From the NCBI RefSeq assembly GCF_039975415.1, contig NZ_JBDWHD010000004.1: a stretch of DNA of 64,000 nucleotides. One strand, 5' to 3'. Shown in pieces: positions 17,130 through 28,404 of this stretch. A program made the position numbers and the translations under genes. This DNA is from Ascidiaceihabitans sp. Lineage in GTDB: Bacteria > Pseudomonadota > Alphaproteobacteria > Rhodobacterales > Rhodobacteraceae. The stretch's first letter is position 1, and each line of letters begins with the position of its first letter. The notes under the pieces were generated by a model, which saw only the letters and a list, made by a program, of their open reading frames with translations, searched no databases and was not told where the DNA came from.

Positions 17130-18913
17130 TCCGTATCCCGTTACGCCCTCTGGCCCGTGTCCTTGAAGCACGTGAAAACGGTGTGAACCCGGACGCAATT
17201 GAACGCGAAAACAAACGCATTCGTCATGAAGATATGCAAGCGCGGGCACGGTCCCGCGCCGAAGGGCGTCTGCTGGTGCTTGGCATGTTTTTCTTTTGCG
17301 CTTTTGCCGTTGTGGGTGGGCGTATGGGGATGCTTGCAACCTCTGATCCGGTTGAACCACGTTCGGCCGCATTAGGGGCGAAAATCTCGGCGCAACGCGC
17401 GGATATTGTGGATCGCAATGGCAACTTGCTGGCCACCAACTTTGAAACGCATGCTCTTTACGCCCAACCGCACCAGTTGATTGACCCCGAAGGATCCGCC
17501 AAAGCACTGGTTGGTATTTTTCCCGATCTCGATCCTGCTCGGTTGCTAAAGGATTTCACAGGCGAACGTAAGTTTCTGTGGGTGAAGAAGAAAATCAGCC
17601 CCGAGCAAATGCAGGCCGTACATGATATTGGCGATCCGGGGCTGTTGTTTGGGCCGCGCGACATGCGCTTGTACCCGAACGGAACTTTGGCCGCACACGT
17701 CATGGGCGGCGCGTCTTTTGGCAAGGAAGGCGTGTCAGCCGCCGAAGTCATCGGCGTGGCCGGTGTCGAGAAATATTTTGACGAATATTTGCGTGATCCA
17801 GCCAATGGCAATACGCCGTTGGAGCTGTCATTGGATCTGACTGTGCAGGCCGCGGCTGAACGTGTTTTATATGGTGGTATGAAGCTGCTGAACGCCAAGG
17901 GTGCGACGTCGGTTTTGATGGATGTGCACACCGGCGAAGTCATTTCGGTTGTATCTTTGCCGGACTTTGATCCCAACAATCGACCACGCCCGATCACGCA
18001 AGGCGACAAGGGTGACGATCCGCTGTTCAACCGTTCTGTGCAGGGCGTTTATGAATTGGGGTCGGTGTTCAAGATTTTCACAGCAGCCCAAGCGGTTGAC
18101 CTTGGGTTGGTCAACCCTTCGACCATGATCAAAACAGATGGTCCGATGCGCGTCGGTGGTTATCCGATTGGCGAATTCCGCAACAAGAACTACGGCACGC
18201 TTAGCGTTACCGACATCATCGTGAAATCATCGAACCGGGGTACGGGGCGGATGGTTTTGCAAATCGGATCAAAGCGTCAAAAAGAATTTCTGAAATCCAT
18301 GGGGTTTTTTGAACCAACAGCTTTCGAAATTGTCGAAGCGTCGGGCGGCAAGCCTCTGTTGCCCAAAAGGTGGACGGATTTATCAGCCGTTACAATATCT
18401 TACGGTCATGGATTGTCGTCGTCGCCTATGCATTTGGCCGCCGGATATGCCGCCATTGCAAACGGCGGATTTGCGGTCACTCCGACCATTCTGAAACAAG
18501 ATGGCACAAAACACGGCCCGCGCGTCATGAGCACCAATGCGGCCTCTGCTGCGCGCACAATGCTGCGCAAGGTTGTGTCCGAAGGCACAGCCAGCTTTGC
18601 AGAGGTCGAAGGCTACGCAGTGGGTGGCAAAACCGGCACAGCCGACAAACCGCGCCCGCGTGGCGGATATTACGACGACAAGGTGATTGCGACGTTCGCG
18701 TCCATTTTTCCCGCCCATGACCCCAGATACGTGCTGGTTGTGACGTTGGACGAACCGGTCGAGACATCAGGTGACAAACCACGTCGCACCGCGGGTTGGA
18801 CCGCCGTGCCTGTTGCGGCCGAAATGATCCGCCGCGTGGCCCCGTTGTTGGGGATGCGTCCAACCGTTGAACCGGTGTCCTTGGCTGATATAACGCTGAC
18901 CAGCAGCAACTGA
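17126..18913 (+). CDS. ftsI: Peptidoglycan D,D-transpeptidase FtsI (PBP3)
   Basis: PBP dimerisation and transpeptidase domains with SVFK, SSN and KTGT motifs. Confidence 0.95.
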   Translation: MIRIPLRPLARVLEARENGVNPDAIERENKRIRHEDMQARARSRAEGRLLVLGMFFFCAFAVVGGRMGMLATSDPVEPRSAALGAKISAQRADIVDRNGNLLATNFETHALYAQPHQLIDPEGSAKALVGIFPDLDPARLLKDFTGERKFLWVKKKISPEQMQAVHDIGDPGLLFGPRDMRLYPNGTLAAHVMGGASFGKEGVSAAEVIGVAGVEKYFDEYLRDPANGNTPLELSLDLTVQAAAERVLYGGMKLLNAKGATSVLMDVHTGEVISVVSLPDFDPNNRPRPITQGDKGDDPLFNRSVQGVYELGSVFKIFTAAQAVDLGLVNPSTMIKTDGPMRVGGYPIGEFRNKNYGTLSVTDIIVKSSNRGTGRMVLQIGSKRQKEFLKSMGFFEPTAFEIVEASGGKPLLPKRWTDLSAVTISYGHGLSSSPMHLAAGYAAIANGGFAVTPTILKQDGTKHGPRVMSTNAASAARTMLRKVVSEGTASFAEVEGYAVGGKTGTADKPRPRGGYYDDKVIATFASIFPAHDPRYVLVVTLDEPVETSGDKPRRTAGWTAVPVAAEMIRRVAPLLGMRPTVEPVSLADITLTSSN

Positions 18914-18931
18914 GCCGAAAAGGCAGCGGGC

Positions 18932-20416
18932 ATGGTCACTCCGATCTCTATCTCTTTGAAATCTTTGGGTCTGATGGCCGTGGGGGACGCGAATCCGGTA
19001 TTGGGGTCGATGGCCGTGGACAGCCGCGAGGTCCGTCCGGGCTGCCTGTTTTGCGCTATGCCCGGCAGCAATATCCATGGGGCTACGTTTGTAAAAGCGG
19101 CGTTAGCCAAGGGGGCTGCGGCCATTTTGACCGACCCCGAAGGTGCTTTGATCGCAGCAGAGGCATTGCGCGACGGTGATGCGGCGTTGGTTGTGTCTGA
19201 AACACCGCGCGAAACCATGGCACGCACGGCTGCGTTGTTTTTCGGGGCACAGCCCAAAACGATGATTGCAGTCACCGGCACCAATGGCAAAACATCCGTG
19301 TCCACGTTTGTGCGCCAGATCTGGAATGAATTGGACCTTGAGGCCGTCAACCTTGGCACCACAGGGGTGGAAGGGTCGTGGACCGCCCCTTTGAACCACA
19401 CAACGCCAGAACCGATCACATTGCACCGCACGTTGAAACAGGCCGCTTTTGAAGGCATCACCCATGCGGCGATGGAAGCGTCCTCGCACGGGTTGGACCA
19501 ACGCCGTTTGGACGGGGTTGTTCTGAAGGCAGCAGGGTTCACCAATTTCACCCAAGACCATCTGGATTATCACAAGACCTTTGAGGCCTATTTCGACGCC
19601 AAAGCAGGATTGTTCGCACGGGTACTGCCCGAGGATGGCACCGCAGTCATCAACATGGATGATGCGCACGGCGTTGATATGGTGGCGATTGCAACAGTCC
19701 GGAGCCAAGGCCTGATCACTGTTGGACGGACAAGCGCGGACTTGCAATTGGTTGCACAACGGATGGATGCGACGGGGCAGGACCTGCGTTTTTCATATCT
19801 GGGAAAAACCTATCAGACGCGTTTGAACCTTTTGGGCGCATTTCAGGCTGACAATGTCATGCTGGCTGCGGCACTTGTGATCGCTTGTGGCGCAGAACCC
19901 GCCCATGTCTTTGATACGCTTGAACATCTCACCACTGTGCGAGGCCGGATGCAATTGGCGGCAACCCGCGCCAACGGGGCTGCGGTGTTTGTGGATTACG
20001 CCCACACACCCGATGCGGTGTCCACTGCGCTGTCGGCCATGCGTCCGCATGTGATGGGACGTTTGGTGGCGATTGTCGGTGCCGGCGGAGACCGGGATGC
20101 GGGCAAGCGGCCTTTGATGGGGCAGGCCGCGGCGGACAATGCGGATGTGGTGTTTGTGACCGATGACAACCCGCGCTCTGAGGATCCCGCCTTGATCCGC
20201 GCGGCGGTGATGAAAGGCTGCCCCCAGGCCACGGAAGTGGGCGACCGCGCCGAGGCGATTTTGCGGGCCGTTGACACCCTTGGTCCGGGCGACGCGCTGT
20301 TGATTGCGGGCAAAGGTCATGAAAGCGGGCAAATCGTCGGCGATGATGTGTTGCCCTTTGACGATGCAGAACAGGCAAGTGTTGCGGTTGCAGCCCTTGA
20401 AGGGAGATTGGCATGA
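18932..20416 (+). CDS. murE: UDP-N-acetylmuramoyl-L-alanyl-D-glutamate--2,6-diaminopimelate ligase
   Basis: Mur ligase motifs (VTGTNGKTS, DNPR). Canonical position. Confidence 0.95.
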   Translation: MVTPISISLKSLGLMAVGDANPVLGSMAVDSREVRPGCLFCAMPGSNIHGATFVKAALAKGAAAILTDPEGALIAAEALRDGDAALVVSETPRETMARTAALFFGAQPKTMIAVTGTNGKTSVSTFVRQIWNELDLEAVNLGTTGVEGSWTAPLNHTTPEPITLHRTLKQAAFEGITHAAMEASSHGLDQRRLDGVVLKAAGFTNFTQDHLDYHKTFEAYFDAKAGLFARVLPEDGTAVINMDDAHGVDMVAIATVRSQGLITVGRTSADLQLVAQRMDATGQDLRFSYLGKTYQTRLNLLGAFQADNVMLAAALVIACGAEPAHVFDTLEHLTTVRGRMQLAATRANGAAVFVDYAHTPDAVSTALSAMRPHVMGRLVAIVGAGGDRDAGKRPLMGQAAADNADVVFVTDDNPRSEDPALIRAAVMKGCPQATEVGDRAEAILRAVDTLGPGDALLIAGKGHESGQIVGDDVLPFDDAEQASVAVAALEGRLA

Positions 20417-21834
20417 GCCTTTGGACATCGGACGCGGCGGCGCAAGCCACGGGTGGCAAAGTCACTGTTGCGTGGAAGGCGACGGGCGTGTCCATCGATA
20501 CCCGCACAATAGAACCGGGCGATTTGTTTGTCGCATTGGAAGCGGCCCGTGACGGGCATGACTTCGTCGCCCAAGCCTTAGAGAAAGGCGCCAGCGCCGC
20601 GCTGGTCTCGCGCATCCCTGACGGGATGGACGAAAGTGCACCGTTGCTGATTGTCGCAGATGTCTTGTCCGGTCTCGAGGCCTTGGGCGTTGCCGCACGG
20701 GCGCGCACGGATGCACGTGTGGTGGCGGTGACAGGGTCCGTTGGCAAAACATCGACCAAGGAAATGCTGCGCGACATGTTGGGCGATCAGGGGCGCACCC
20801 ATGCCTCTGTCGCGTCTTACAACAACCATTGGGGGGTGCCGTTGACCTTGGCGCGGATGCCCGCGGACACCGAATACGCGGTGATCGAAATCGGCATGAA
20901 CCACCCTGGCGAAATTGCGCCTTTGGCCAAGATGGCACGCCCGCATGTGGCGATGATCACCACGGTAGCGGCCGCGCATTTGGAAGCCTTTGACGACATT
21001 TCAGGGATCGCGGTCGAGAAGGCCAGCATCATGGAAGGGCTGGAATATGGTGGATCGGCCGTCATCAACAACGACATTGAAACGGCGGCAATCTTGCAAT
21101 CCAAAGCGCATGACATGAAGCGCCGAGACATCGGGTTTGGCGAACACGGCTTTGATTACGTTTTGAAAAATGTGTCCATTCAAGGGGACACAACCGTTGT
21201 GCAAGCCGAAGCCTTTGAACAGCCGCTGCTGTTCAAGATCAACACAGCTGGCCGGCACTTTGCGATGAACGGGCTGGGGGCATTGGCCTGTTGCGAGGCA
21301 TTGGGGGCCGATTTGGCGCTGGCGGCCGCGTCTTTGGGGCGTTGGTCGCCTTACAAAGGACGCGGTGCACGCGAAACGATTGTGCTGGATCCTGTCGAGA
21401 CGCATCTGACGCTGGAATTGATCGACGACAGCTACAACGCAAACCCCACGTCCATGGCGGCGGCTTTGGAGGTCTTGGCCGCCGCAGAGCCAGTCGATGA
21501 TGTCGGGCGCGTGGGCAAGGGACGCCGTGTCGCATTTGTCGGTGATATGAAAGAACTTGGGCCGGACGAGGCGCACCTGCATGCGGGTCTTGCGGACCTC
21601 GCGTTTGTTCAAGACCTGGACGTGATACACTGCATCGGTCCGTTGATGCGGCATTTCTACGATGCTTTACCCGATCAGAAGCGCGGGCAATGGGCGCAAA
21701 CTTCGGATCAGATCGAAGTCCGCACAAGCTTGGATGCGGGTGATGTGGTGTTGGCGAAGGGGTCTTTGTCGATGAAACTGGGGCTTATCGTTGACGCCAT
21801 CCGTAAAATGGGCCATCCCCGTTCCAACGCATAA
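20413..21834 (+). CDS. murF: UDP-N-acetylmuramoyl-tripeptide--D-alanyl-D-alanine ligase
   Basis: VTGSVGKTSTKEM P-loop and Mur ligase layout. ATGA overlap with murE. Confidence 0.95.
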   Translation: MSLWTSDAAAQATGGKVTVAWKATGVSIDTRTIEPGDLFVALEAARDGHDFVAQALEKGASAALVSRIPDGMDESAPLLIVADVLSGLEALGVAARARTDARVVAVTGSVGKTSTKEMLRDMLGDQGRTHASVASYNNHWGVPLTLARMPADTEYAVIEIGMNHPGEIAPLAKMARPHVAMITTVAAAHLEAFDDISGIAVEKASIMEGLEYGGSAVINNDIETAAILQSKAHDMKRRDIGFGEHGFDYVLKNVSIQGDTTVVQAEAFEQPLLFKINTAGRHFAMNGLGALACCEALGADLALAAASLGRWSPYKGRGARETIVLDPVETHLTLELIDDSYNANPTSMAAALEVLAAAEPVDDVGRVGKGRRVAFVGDMKELGPDEAHLHAGLADLAFVQDLDVIHCIGPLMRHFYDALPDQKRGQWAQTSDQIEVRTSLDAGDVVLAKGSLSMKLGLIVDAIRKMGHPRSNA

Positions 21835-21865
21835 AAACACTAAATCGTGAGTAGAGGGGGCGGTA

Positions 21866-22948
21866 ATGCTCTATTGGTTGACAGCACTTTCCGATGGGGG
21901 GGACTTTTTCAACCTGTTCCGCTACATCACGTTCCGCGCAGGCGGGGCCTTTATGACAGCACTTTTGTTCGGGTTTCTGTTTGGGCAACCCCTGATCAAC
22001 GTGCTGCGCCGCCGCCAAGGCAAAGGCCAACCCATTCGCGATGACGGCCCCGAAGGGCATTTTGCAAAGGCGGGTACACCGACCATGGGTGGACTGCTGA
22101 TTGTGGGGGCTTTGACCACATCCACATTGCTGTGGGCGCGTTTGGACAACCCGTTTGTGTGGATCGTTTTGTTTGTGACACTCAGCTTTGCCGCCATCGG
22201 GTTCGCCGATGACTACGCGAAGGTGTCCAAGCAGACGACGGCAGGTGTTTCGGGCAAAGTCCGTTTGCTTTTGGGGTTCCTGATCGCAGGGATCGCGGCC
22301 TATGTCGCAGCCATCAACCACCCGGATGCTTTGCAAAACCAACTGGCTTTGCCTGTGTTCAAAGACACGCTGATCAACCTTGGCTACCTGTTTATACCGT
22401 TTTCGATCATCGTGATCGTTGGGGCTGCGAATGCGGTGAACCTGACGGATGGACTGGATGGTCTGGCGATTATGCCTGTGATGATTGCGGCAGGGACTTT
22501 GGGTGTGATTGCCTACGCGGTGGGGCGCGTGGATTTCACGGAATATCTGGATGTGCACTACGTTCCGGGCACAGGCGAAATCCTGATCTTTACAGCGGGT
22601 ATATTTGGCGGCGGATTGGGGTTCTTGTGGTACAACGCGCCCCCCGCGGCGGTGTTTATGGGCGACACGGGGTCTTTGGCCTTGGGCGGTGCATTGGGCG
22701 CGATCGCGGTCAGCACGAAACACGAATTGGTGCTGGCGATTGTCGGCGGATTGTTCGTGGTCGAGGCGATGTCGGTGATCATCCAGGTCCTCTATTTCAA
22801 GCGCACAGGTAAACGGGTGTTCCTGATGGCGCCGATCCACCATCACTATGAAAAGAAGGGCTGGGCCGAACCGCAAATCGTGATCCGGTTCTGGATTATC
22901 TCGCTGATTTTGGCGATGATTGGACTGGCGACGTTGAAGGTGCGGTAG
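21866..22948 (+). CDS. mraY: Phospho-N-acetylmuramoyl-pentapeptide transferase
   Basis: Ten-helix MraY sequence ([21 protein letters not shown]). Confidence 0.95.
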   Translation: MLYWLTALSDGGDFFNLFRYITFRAGGAFMTALLFGFLFGQPLINVLRRRQGKGQPIRDDGPEGHFAKAGTPTMGGLLIVGALTTSTLLWARLDNPFVWIVLFVTLSFAAIGFADDYAKVSKQTTAGVSGKVRLLLGFLIAGIAAYVAAINHPDALQNQLALPVFKDTLINLGYLFIPFSIIVIVGAANAVNLTDGLDGLAIMPVMIAAGTLGVIAYAVGRVDFTEYLDVHYVPGTGEILIFTAGIFGGGLGFLWYNAPPAAVFMGDTGSLALGGALGAIAVSTKHELVLAIVGGLFVVEAMSVIIQVLYFKRTGKRVFLMAPIHHHYEKKGWAEPQIVIRFWIISLILAMIGLATLKVR

Positions 22949-23018
22949 ATAGAAACATACTTTTCACTTTTCATTCCCCTGTTATGTTACCTCAGATTGT
23001 AACGAAGGGTTTGGTGTG

Positions 23019-23225
23019 ATGGTTTCTATTTTTGACTATTGGGGTGCGATTGTTGGGTTGATTTCGGTTGTCGGTGTTTTCATCGCTTGGCGGCAATGGC
23101 GTGCACCTTCCAACACAACGACAAACACTGCTGATAGCTCAACAAACGTTAAGCAAAAAGGTGGTGCTGGTACGACGCAGAACACAGCGAACAACAGCCG
23201 CGACGTGGATCAATCCGGCGCATGA
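23019..23225 (+). CDS. Small membrane-anchored protein with an N/T/S/Q-rich tail
   Basis: One TM helix (IFDYWGAIVGLISVVGVFIAW), then a low-complexity polar tail. The stop overlaps the next start (ATGA at 23222-23225). It could be the detached N-terminus of the TPR gene. Confidence 0.5.
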   Translation: MVSIFDYWGAIVGLISVVGVFIAWRQWRAPSNTTTNTADSSTNVKQKGGAGTTQNTANNSRDVDQSGA

Positions 23226-24673
23226 TTGGGCGGACTGATAATCAGGTAACTGACTCAACGGGCGTGCAACAGGCGGGGCGTGATATTCACGGTATTCCGC
23301 CCGATCAACACGAACGGATTTTGAACGAACGCCTTGCAGAACTGCGTAGTGATTTGCAGGATAAGTTTGACGCGATAAAACGGGCGGACAGCGCCGAGGC
23401 CCAAATTGAGATTATGACGCTTCAGCGCAAAGTCCAAGAATACGAACGCCGTGTCGCGAACCCTGAATTCGCATACAAAGAATACCAAGACCGGATCGCA
23501 GCCCTCGAAAAGCTGTTGGAAGATGCCACTGTCGATATCGGCGAAAATAGAATTCGTAATGCGCAGGTGGCCCTTGAAGGTGGGGACCATTCCAAAGCAG
23601 ACGAAATCTTTGATGAGGTGATCGAGGTCGAAACCCGGGCAGCGCAACGCCTTGCGGATGCACATTTTGGCAAGGGTGTGATCGCCGAAGAGGCCGTACG
23701 CTGGGCCGACGCCGCCACACATTATGCGCGGGCAGCGAGGTTGGCCGACACTTTGGACACCCTTTATAAAGCAGCGCAATTTGCAAAACTGGCAGGGGAC
23801 TACAAATCCTCCCTGCGGTTTGCAGAGGATATGGTGGCCAAGGCAAGGGCGGAGGATGACCGCCCGAACCTGTCACGTGGATTGGATCGTCTTGCAACTG
23901 CGTACCAAGAGACAGGCCAATATGAGCCGTCAGAGGCGCTTTTTCGTGAGGCATTGCAGATTGATGCGACCGACCAAGGAAAGACGTCGCGGACCTATGC
24001 CAGCGGCCTCAACAACCTTGCGGGTGTGGTAAAGGCACAGGGTCGCTATGCCGAAGCGGAGGAGCTGTACCGCGAGGCATTAGAGATTGATCGCGCGACG
24101 ATTGGGGAGGGGCATCCAGAGTATGCCATTCCCCTCAACAACCTTGCGGGTGTGGTAGAGGCGCAGGGTCGCTATGCAGAAGCGGAGGGGCTGTACCGCG
24201 CGGCATTAGAGATTGATCGCGCGACGATTGGGGAGGGGCATCCGAGTTATGCTATTCGCCTCAACAACCTTGCGGGTGTGGTAAAGGCACAGGGTCGCTT
24301 TGCCGAAGCGGAGGGGTTGTACCGCGATGCGTTGGAAATTGATCGCGCGACGATTGGGGAGGGGCATCCGGACTATGCAATTGACCTCAACAACCTTGCG
24401 GGTGTGGTAGAGGCGCAGGGTCGCTTTGCCGAAGCGGAGGGGCTGTACCGCGCGGCATTGGAGATTACCCGTGCGACGATTGGGGAGGGGCATCCGAGTT
24501 ATGCTATTCGCCTCGTTAATCTGGGATCCCTTCTGGGTCAGACGGGTAGGGCGACAGAAGGCCGTGAGATGTTGGAACAGGCCTTGGGGATATTTCGGGC
24601 CACTCTGCCTGAGGATCACCCAAACATTGCGACAACCCTGCGCCGTATCGCCGACCTGCCCGACACCCCCTAA
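23222..24673 (+). CDS. Tetratricopeptide-repeat (TPR_10/TPR_12-like) protein with a coiled-coil N-terminal region
   Basis: 483-aa ORF. The C-terminal half is 42-aa units of the form [34 protein letters not shown]. Confidence 0.85.
   Translation: MIGRTDNQVTDSTGVQQAGRDIHGIPPDQHERILNERLAELRSDLQDKFDAIKRADSAEAQIEIMTLQRKVQEYERRVANPEFAYKEYQDRIAALEKLLEDATVDIGENRIRNAQVALEGGDHSKADEIFDEVIEVETRAAQRLADAHFGKGVIAEEAVRWADAATHYARAARLADTLDTLYKAAQFAKLAGDYKSSLRFAEDMVAKARAEDDRPNLSRGLDRLATAYQETGQYEPSEALFREALQIDATDQGKTSRTYASGLNNLAGVVKAQGRYAEAEELYREALEIDRATIGEGHPEYAIPLNNLAGVVEAQGRYAEAEGLYRAALEIDRATIGEGHPSYAIRLNNLAGVVKAQGRFAEAEGLYRDALEIDRATIGEGHPDYAIDLNNLAGVVEAQGRFAEAEGLYRAALEITRATIGEGHPSYAIRLVNLGSLLGQTGRATEGREMLEQALGIFRATLPEDHPNIATTLRRIADLPDTP
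24008..24511 (+). repeat. Tandem coding repeat, 126-bp unit (four copies) with 252-bp higher-order periodicity
   Basis: Unit starts (CTCAACAACCTTGCGGGTGTGGTA) lie at 24008, 24134, 24260 and 24386; a degenerate fifth starts at 24512. Units 2 and 4 differ at 7 of 126 positions by my count. Confidence 0.9.
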
Positions 24674-24734
24674 CCCCGCTAGACCCTTGCGCCAACCTGC
24701 GCTAGGCATGCCGCGACACATAAATGAGGCGCGC

Positions 24735-26135
24735 ATGATTACGGTACTTGGTCTTTCTGGTAAAAACGTTGCGGTCCTTGGACTTGGGCGCTCCGGTCTG
24801 TCTGCGGCTTTGGCGCTGGTGGATGGCGGTGCCACGCCGGTGTGTTGGGATGATAATGAGGCCGCCCGTGTGGCCGCAGAAACGCATGGGTTGATGTGTC
24901 GTGACCTTAAAAAGCAAGGTGCGTTTGATGATATAGCGCGTTTGATCGTGTCGCCCGGCATCCCCCATCTGTACCCGGCACCAAACCCCGTTGTGACCAA
25001 GGCCTTGGCGGCTGGTGTGCCTGTCGACAATGATATCGGCCTATTTTTCCAAAGCTTTGCCACATCGGACTGGAACAATTTCGACATCACCCCGCAAGTG
25101 GTCGCTGTCACGGGATCGAATGGAAAATCGACGACCTCTGCATTGATCCATCACATCTTGGAACATGTGGGCCGCCCGTGTCAGTTGGCGGGCAACATCG
25201 GACGGGGCGTTCTGGATATTGATCCGCCCATTGACGGGGAAGTGGTGGTGCTGGAACTGTCGTCGTATCAGACTGAATTGGCGCGCAGCCTCACACCGGA
25301 CATTGCCGTCTTTACCAACCTGTCCCCCGACCATCTGGACCGGCATCACGGGATGGGCGGGTACTTTGCGGCCAAGCGGCGGTTGTTTGCGGAAGGTGGT
25401 CCTGACCGTGCCATTATCGGTGTGGACGAAGACGAAGGGCGCTTTTTGGCAGGGCAACTGTCCGAAGGGCCAACAGATGACCGTGTCATGCGGATTTCGG
25501 TCGAGGAAAAGCTGACAGGGCCGGGGTGGCAGGTCTTTGCACGCAAAGGGTTCTTATCGGAGTACCGCAAGGGACGGCAAGCGGCGTCGATTGATTTGCG
25601 CGGCGTTGCGGGATTGCCCGGCGCGCACAACCACCAAAACGCCTGCGCGGCCTATGCGGCCTGTCGTGCTTTGGGCTTGGCCCCGAAGGTGATCGAAGCG
25701 GCGTTTCATACGTTCGGCGGTTTGCCGCACCGCTCACAAACCATCGCCGAGGCGCAGGGCGTGCGCTATGTCAACGACAGCAAAGCCACCAACGTGGACA
25801 GCGCAGCCAAGGCTTTGCAGGCGTTTAAGCGCATTCGCTGGATCTGCGGTGGGCTACAAAAAGAAGGTGGGCTTGAGGGGCTAAACGCAGTGTCTGGCGA
25901 GGTGCTGAAAGCCTATGTGATTGGACGCGAAGCTGCACAATTTGCCATGCAACTTGATACTGAGACCCAAGTGTGCACGACAATGGCTGAGGCCGTTGCG
26001 TCAGCAATGGCGGATGCTGAGGCAGGGGATGTTGTGTTGTTGGCACCGGCCGCCGCCAGCTTTGACCAATACGATAGCTTTGAGAAGCGCGGCGACGATT
26101 TTGCAGCTCAGGTTATGGCGCGGCTGTCCGACTAG
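24735..26135 (+). CDS. murD: UDP-N-acetylmuramoylalanine--D-glutamate ligase
   Basis: VLGLGRSG...[10 protein letters not shown] Mur ligase motifs. The start is ATG 24735 (MITVLGL). The longer ORF from 24426 runs through the TPR gene tail. Confidence 0.93.
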   Translation: MITVLGLSGKNVAVLGLGRSGLSAALALVDGGATPVCWDDNEAARVAAETHGLMCRDLKKQGAFDDIARLIVSPGIPHLYPAPNPVVTKALAAGVPVDNDIGLFFQSFATSDWNNFDITPQVVAVTGSNGKSTTSALIHHILEHVGRPCQLAGNIGRGVLDIDPPIDGEVVVLELSSYQTELARSLTPDIAVFTNLSPDHLDRHHGMGGYFAAKRRLFAEGGPDRAIIGVDEDEGRFLAGQLSEGPTDDRVMRISVEEKLTGPGWQVFARKGFLSEYRKGRQAASIDLRGVAGLPGAHNHQNACAAYAACRALGLAPKVIEAAFHTFGGLPHRSQTIAEAQGVRYVNDSKATNVDSAAKALQAFKRIRWICGGLQKEGGLEGLNAVSGEVLKAYVIGREAAQFAMQLDTETQVCTTMAEAVASAMADAEAGDVVLLAPAAASFDQYDSFEKRGDDFAAQVMARLSD

Positions 26136-27238
26136 GGATGCGTTTTGGTCTTGTCGTGCAGTGGTTCTGCTGTGGCCCGCGACCAACGCAGCATACGTTC
26201 CGTCGCATAGAGTGGGCCCAGCAAAATCAGCGCTGCAAACATAATAAACACGGCGAACGCGGCCGCGATGGAAAACACCCTAACAAAACACATCAGCCCG
26301 CGTTCTGTGCCATCAAACACCTCTAGCAGCGAACCGTGCACGCCGATGATGTAGACAAAGGCTGGCACGACAGTCAGAAAAATCAGCGTAATGCGTCCGC
26401 TGAATGGGTTGCTTGCATCACCGTTCACGGGTGTTTGCTGTCCACGTAACTTGGTCAATGCCACCAAAAGCAACACGATCGGCATAGCCGACGTCAGAAA
26501 CAAAGGGTTGCCTTGCCCTTGGACAAATTGGTCTTTGATGGCGTGCCAGTAGGCCCAGACCGAAAGCTCCAGGTTGCTGACGGCCCAAACAAGCCAGGTC
26601 AATCTGTCGGCAATGATCTGGACAAATCCCGCAAAGATCAGTCCCAAATCAAAAGTTATGCCTTGAAAGATCAACGTCACAGATGCGTCTGCTGCAAGAA
26701 TAGCCAGCGTTGTTACAAACAAAATGATGGCATCTGCATTTGCCAGCGTGGCGAAAATACCTTTGTCGCGAAAGAAGGACGTGCAAAACAACAACAGGCA
26801 CATGTCCATAAAGAAAACCACCAGATCACGGCCAGCCACCTGCCACAAACCTGCAAAGTCGTAGACACGCAGCAAGTCCCCCCACAATGTCCCATCCGCC
26901 GGTTCCCCGGTTGTTAAAAAGCTGACACCTGTGGGCATGAACAAATTGCATGAAATCACCAGAATAAAGGCCCAGTAGGTTATCATCAGGGCCCATGCGA
27001 TGGCCTCGCGAAGGCAGGGCCAAAACCGTTGGGTCTTGATCAGGGTCGTGTTGGTTTTAAGGGTGGCAAACAAGGCAATAAAGATCAGCGGTGCCAAGGT
27101 GGCCTGCAACATAAAATAGGTGATCACCGCGTCGCCCACAAGCACAGCAAAAATCCCCCAAAGTATTGCGAACCACTTGGTGTAGGTCCACAGGCGGCTT
27201 GGCGGCAAGGCCATGTATCCGATGATGTTATCGCTCAT
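26132..27238 (-). CDS. Hypothetical polytopic membrane protein (about 9-10 helices)
   Basis: I chose ATG 27238 (MSDNIIGYM) because it forms an ATGA overlap with the upstream flavoprotein stop. The stop overlaps the murD stop on the other strand (CTAG at 26132-26135). Confidence 0.6.
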   Translation of the reverse strand: MSDNIIGYMALPPSRLWTYTKWFAILWGIFAVLVGDAVITYFMLQATLAPLIFIALFATLKTNTTLIKTQRFWPCLREAIAWALMITYWAFILVISCNLFMPTGVSFLTTGEPADGTLWGDLLRVYDFAGLWQVAGRDLVVFFMDMCLLLFCTSFFRDKGIFATLANADAIILFVTTLAILAADASVTLIFQGITFDLGLIFAGFVQIIADRLTWLVWAVSNLELSVWAYWHAIKDQFVQGQGNPLFLTSAMPIVLLLVALTKLRGQQTPVNGDASNPFSGRITLIFLTVVPAFVYIIGVHGSLLEVFDGTERGLMCFVRVFSIAAAFAVFIMFAALILLGPLYATERMLRWSRATAEPLHDKTKTHP

Positions 27239-28404
27239 AGGCTGCGCGCACAGGCCATGCCCGAGGCCCATGCCCATTGAAAGTTGTACCCCCCAAGCCA
27301 GCCTGTCACATCCACCGCTTCGCCGATGAAATACAAGCCCGGCACGGTCTTGCATTCCATGGTTTTCGACGACAGCGTGTTGGTGTCGATCCCGCCCAGC
27401 GTCACCTCGGCGGTGCGATACCCTTCGGTGCCGTTGGGGGTCAGCTGCCAGTTCTGCAACGCCTCGCAGATTTGCCGAAGCCGTGCGTCGGATTGATCGG
27501 CAAGGTTTCCGTTTAGGGCCAGCTCGTCCGTTAGAAATTCAACCAGCCGCCCCGGCAGTAATGTGGCCAGTTCCGTCGTCAGGTTCTTGCGTCCCGAAGT
27601 CTGACGTTTGTCGCGCAGCGCCTGCATCAGTGTGTTGGCGGGGTCGATATTCAACGTGATCACGTCGCCCTCAACCCAATAGCTTGAGGCCTGCAAAACA
27701 GCGGGGCCAGACAGACCACGGTGCGTAAACAACATCGCTTCGTCGAATTGTCCCGCCCCCGCAGTTACGCGGGACTGCAAAGCGACGCCAGCCAACGGCG
27801 TAAACCGGTTTTCGGGGAAGGTAAAAGGCACAAGGGCAGGGCGGATGTCAGTCACAGGAATATTGAATTGGTGCGCCACATCATAGGCGAACCCGGTGGC
27901 CCCCATTTTCGGGATTGATTTGCCGCCTGTTGCGATAACAAGGTTTTTGAAAGAGAGACGCGTTTGCGTGCTGCCAGTCACCAACGTGGCGCTGTACCCG
28001 CCGTCATTTTGTTCAATTGCCTTCACGCTGGTTTCAAGCCGGACCTCAGCGTCGTTTTTGGCGCATAGATCCAGCAGCATGGCGACAATGTCTTTGGCAG
28101 AGACGTCACAAAAAAGCTGGCCCAACGTCTTTTCGTGCCATTTGATGCCGTAGCTGTCCACCAGTTCGACAAAATCCCATTGCGTGTACCGCGCCAGCGC
28201 TGATTTGGCGAAGTGGGGATTTTGCGACAAAAAGGCGTGGGCCTCGCAATACATGTTGGTGAAATTACAGCGGCCCCCGCCAGAAATGCGGATTTTCTCG
28301 CCCGGCTTTTTGGCGTGATCCACGATCAGCACGTGTCCGGGGGCATGGGCCGCACACATCAGGCCCGCAGCGCCCGCGCCAATGATTAACGTGTCAATTT
28401 TCAT
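27235..28404 (-). CDS. HI0933/BaiN-family NAD(P)/FAD-dependent oxidoreductase
   Basis: IIGAGAAGLMCA...KIRISGGGRCNFTN signature and typical length. The start is ATG 28404 (MKIDTL). Confidence 0.88.
   Translation of the reverse strand: MKIDTLIIGAGAAGLMCAAHAPGHVLIVDHAKKPGEKIRISGGGRCNFTNMYCEAHAFLSQNPHFAKSALARYTQWDFVELVDSYGIKWHEKTLGQLFCDVSAKDIVAMLLDLCAKNDAEVRLETSVKAIEQNDGGYSATLVTGSTQTRLSFKNLVIATGGKSIPKMGATGFAYDVAHQFNIPVTDIRPALVPFTFPENRFTPLAGVALQSRVTAGAGQFDEAMLFTHRGLSGPAVLQASSYWVEGDVITLNIDPANTLMQALRDKRQTSGRKNLTTELATLLPGRLVEFLTDELALNGNLADQSDARLRQICEALQNWQLTPNGTEGYRTAEVTLGGIDTNTLSSKTMECKTVPGLYFIGEAVDVTGWLGGYNFQWAWASGMACARSL

Noticed and set aside
24008-24511. Regular 126-bp repeats that could be mistaken for a CRISPR-like array. 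The long antisense ORF 24206..25111 runs through them.
   Set aside because: The repeats are contiguous with no unique spacers. They are in frame with the TPR ORF and encode canonical 42-aa TPR pairs. The antisense ORF is a by-product of the repeat.
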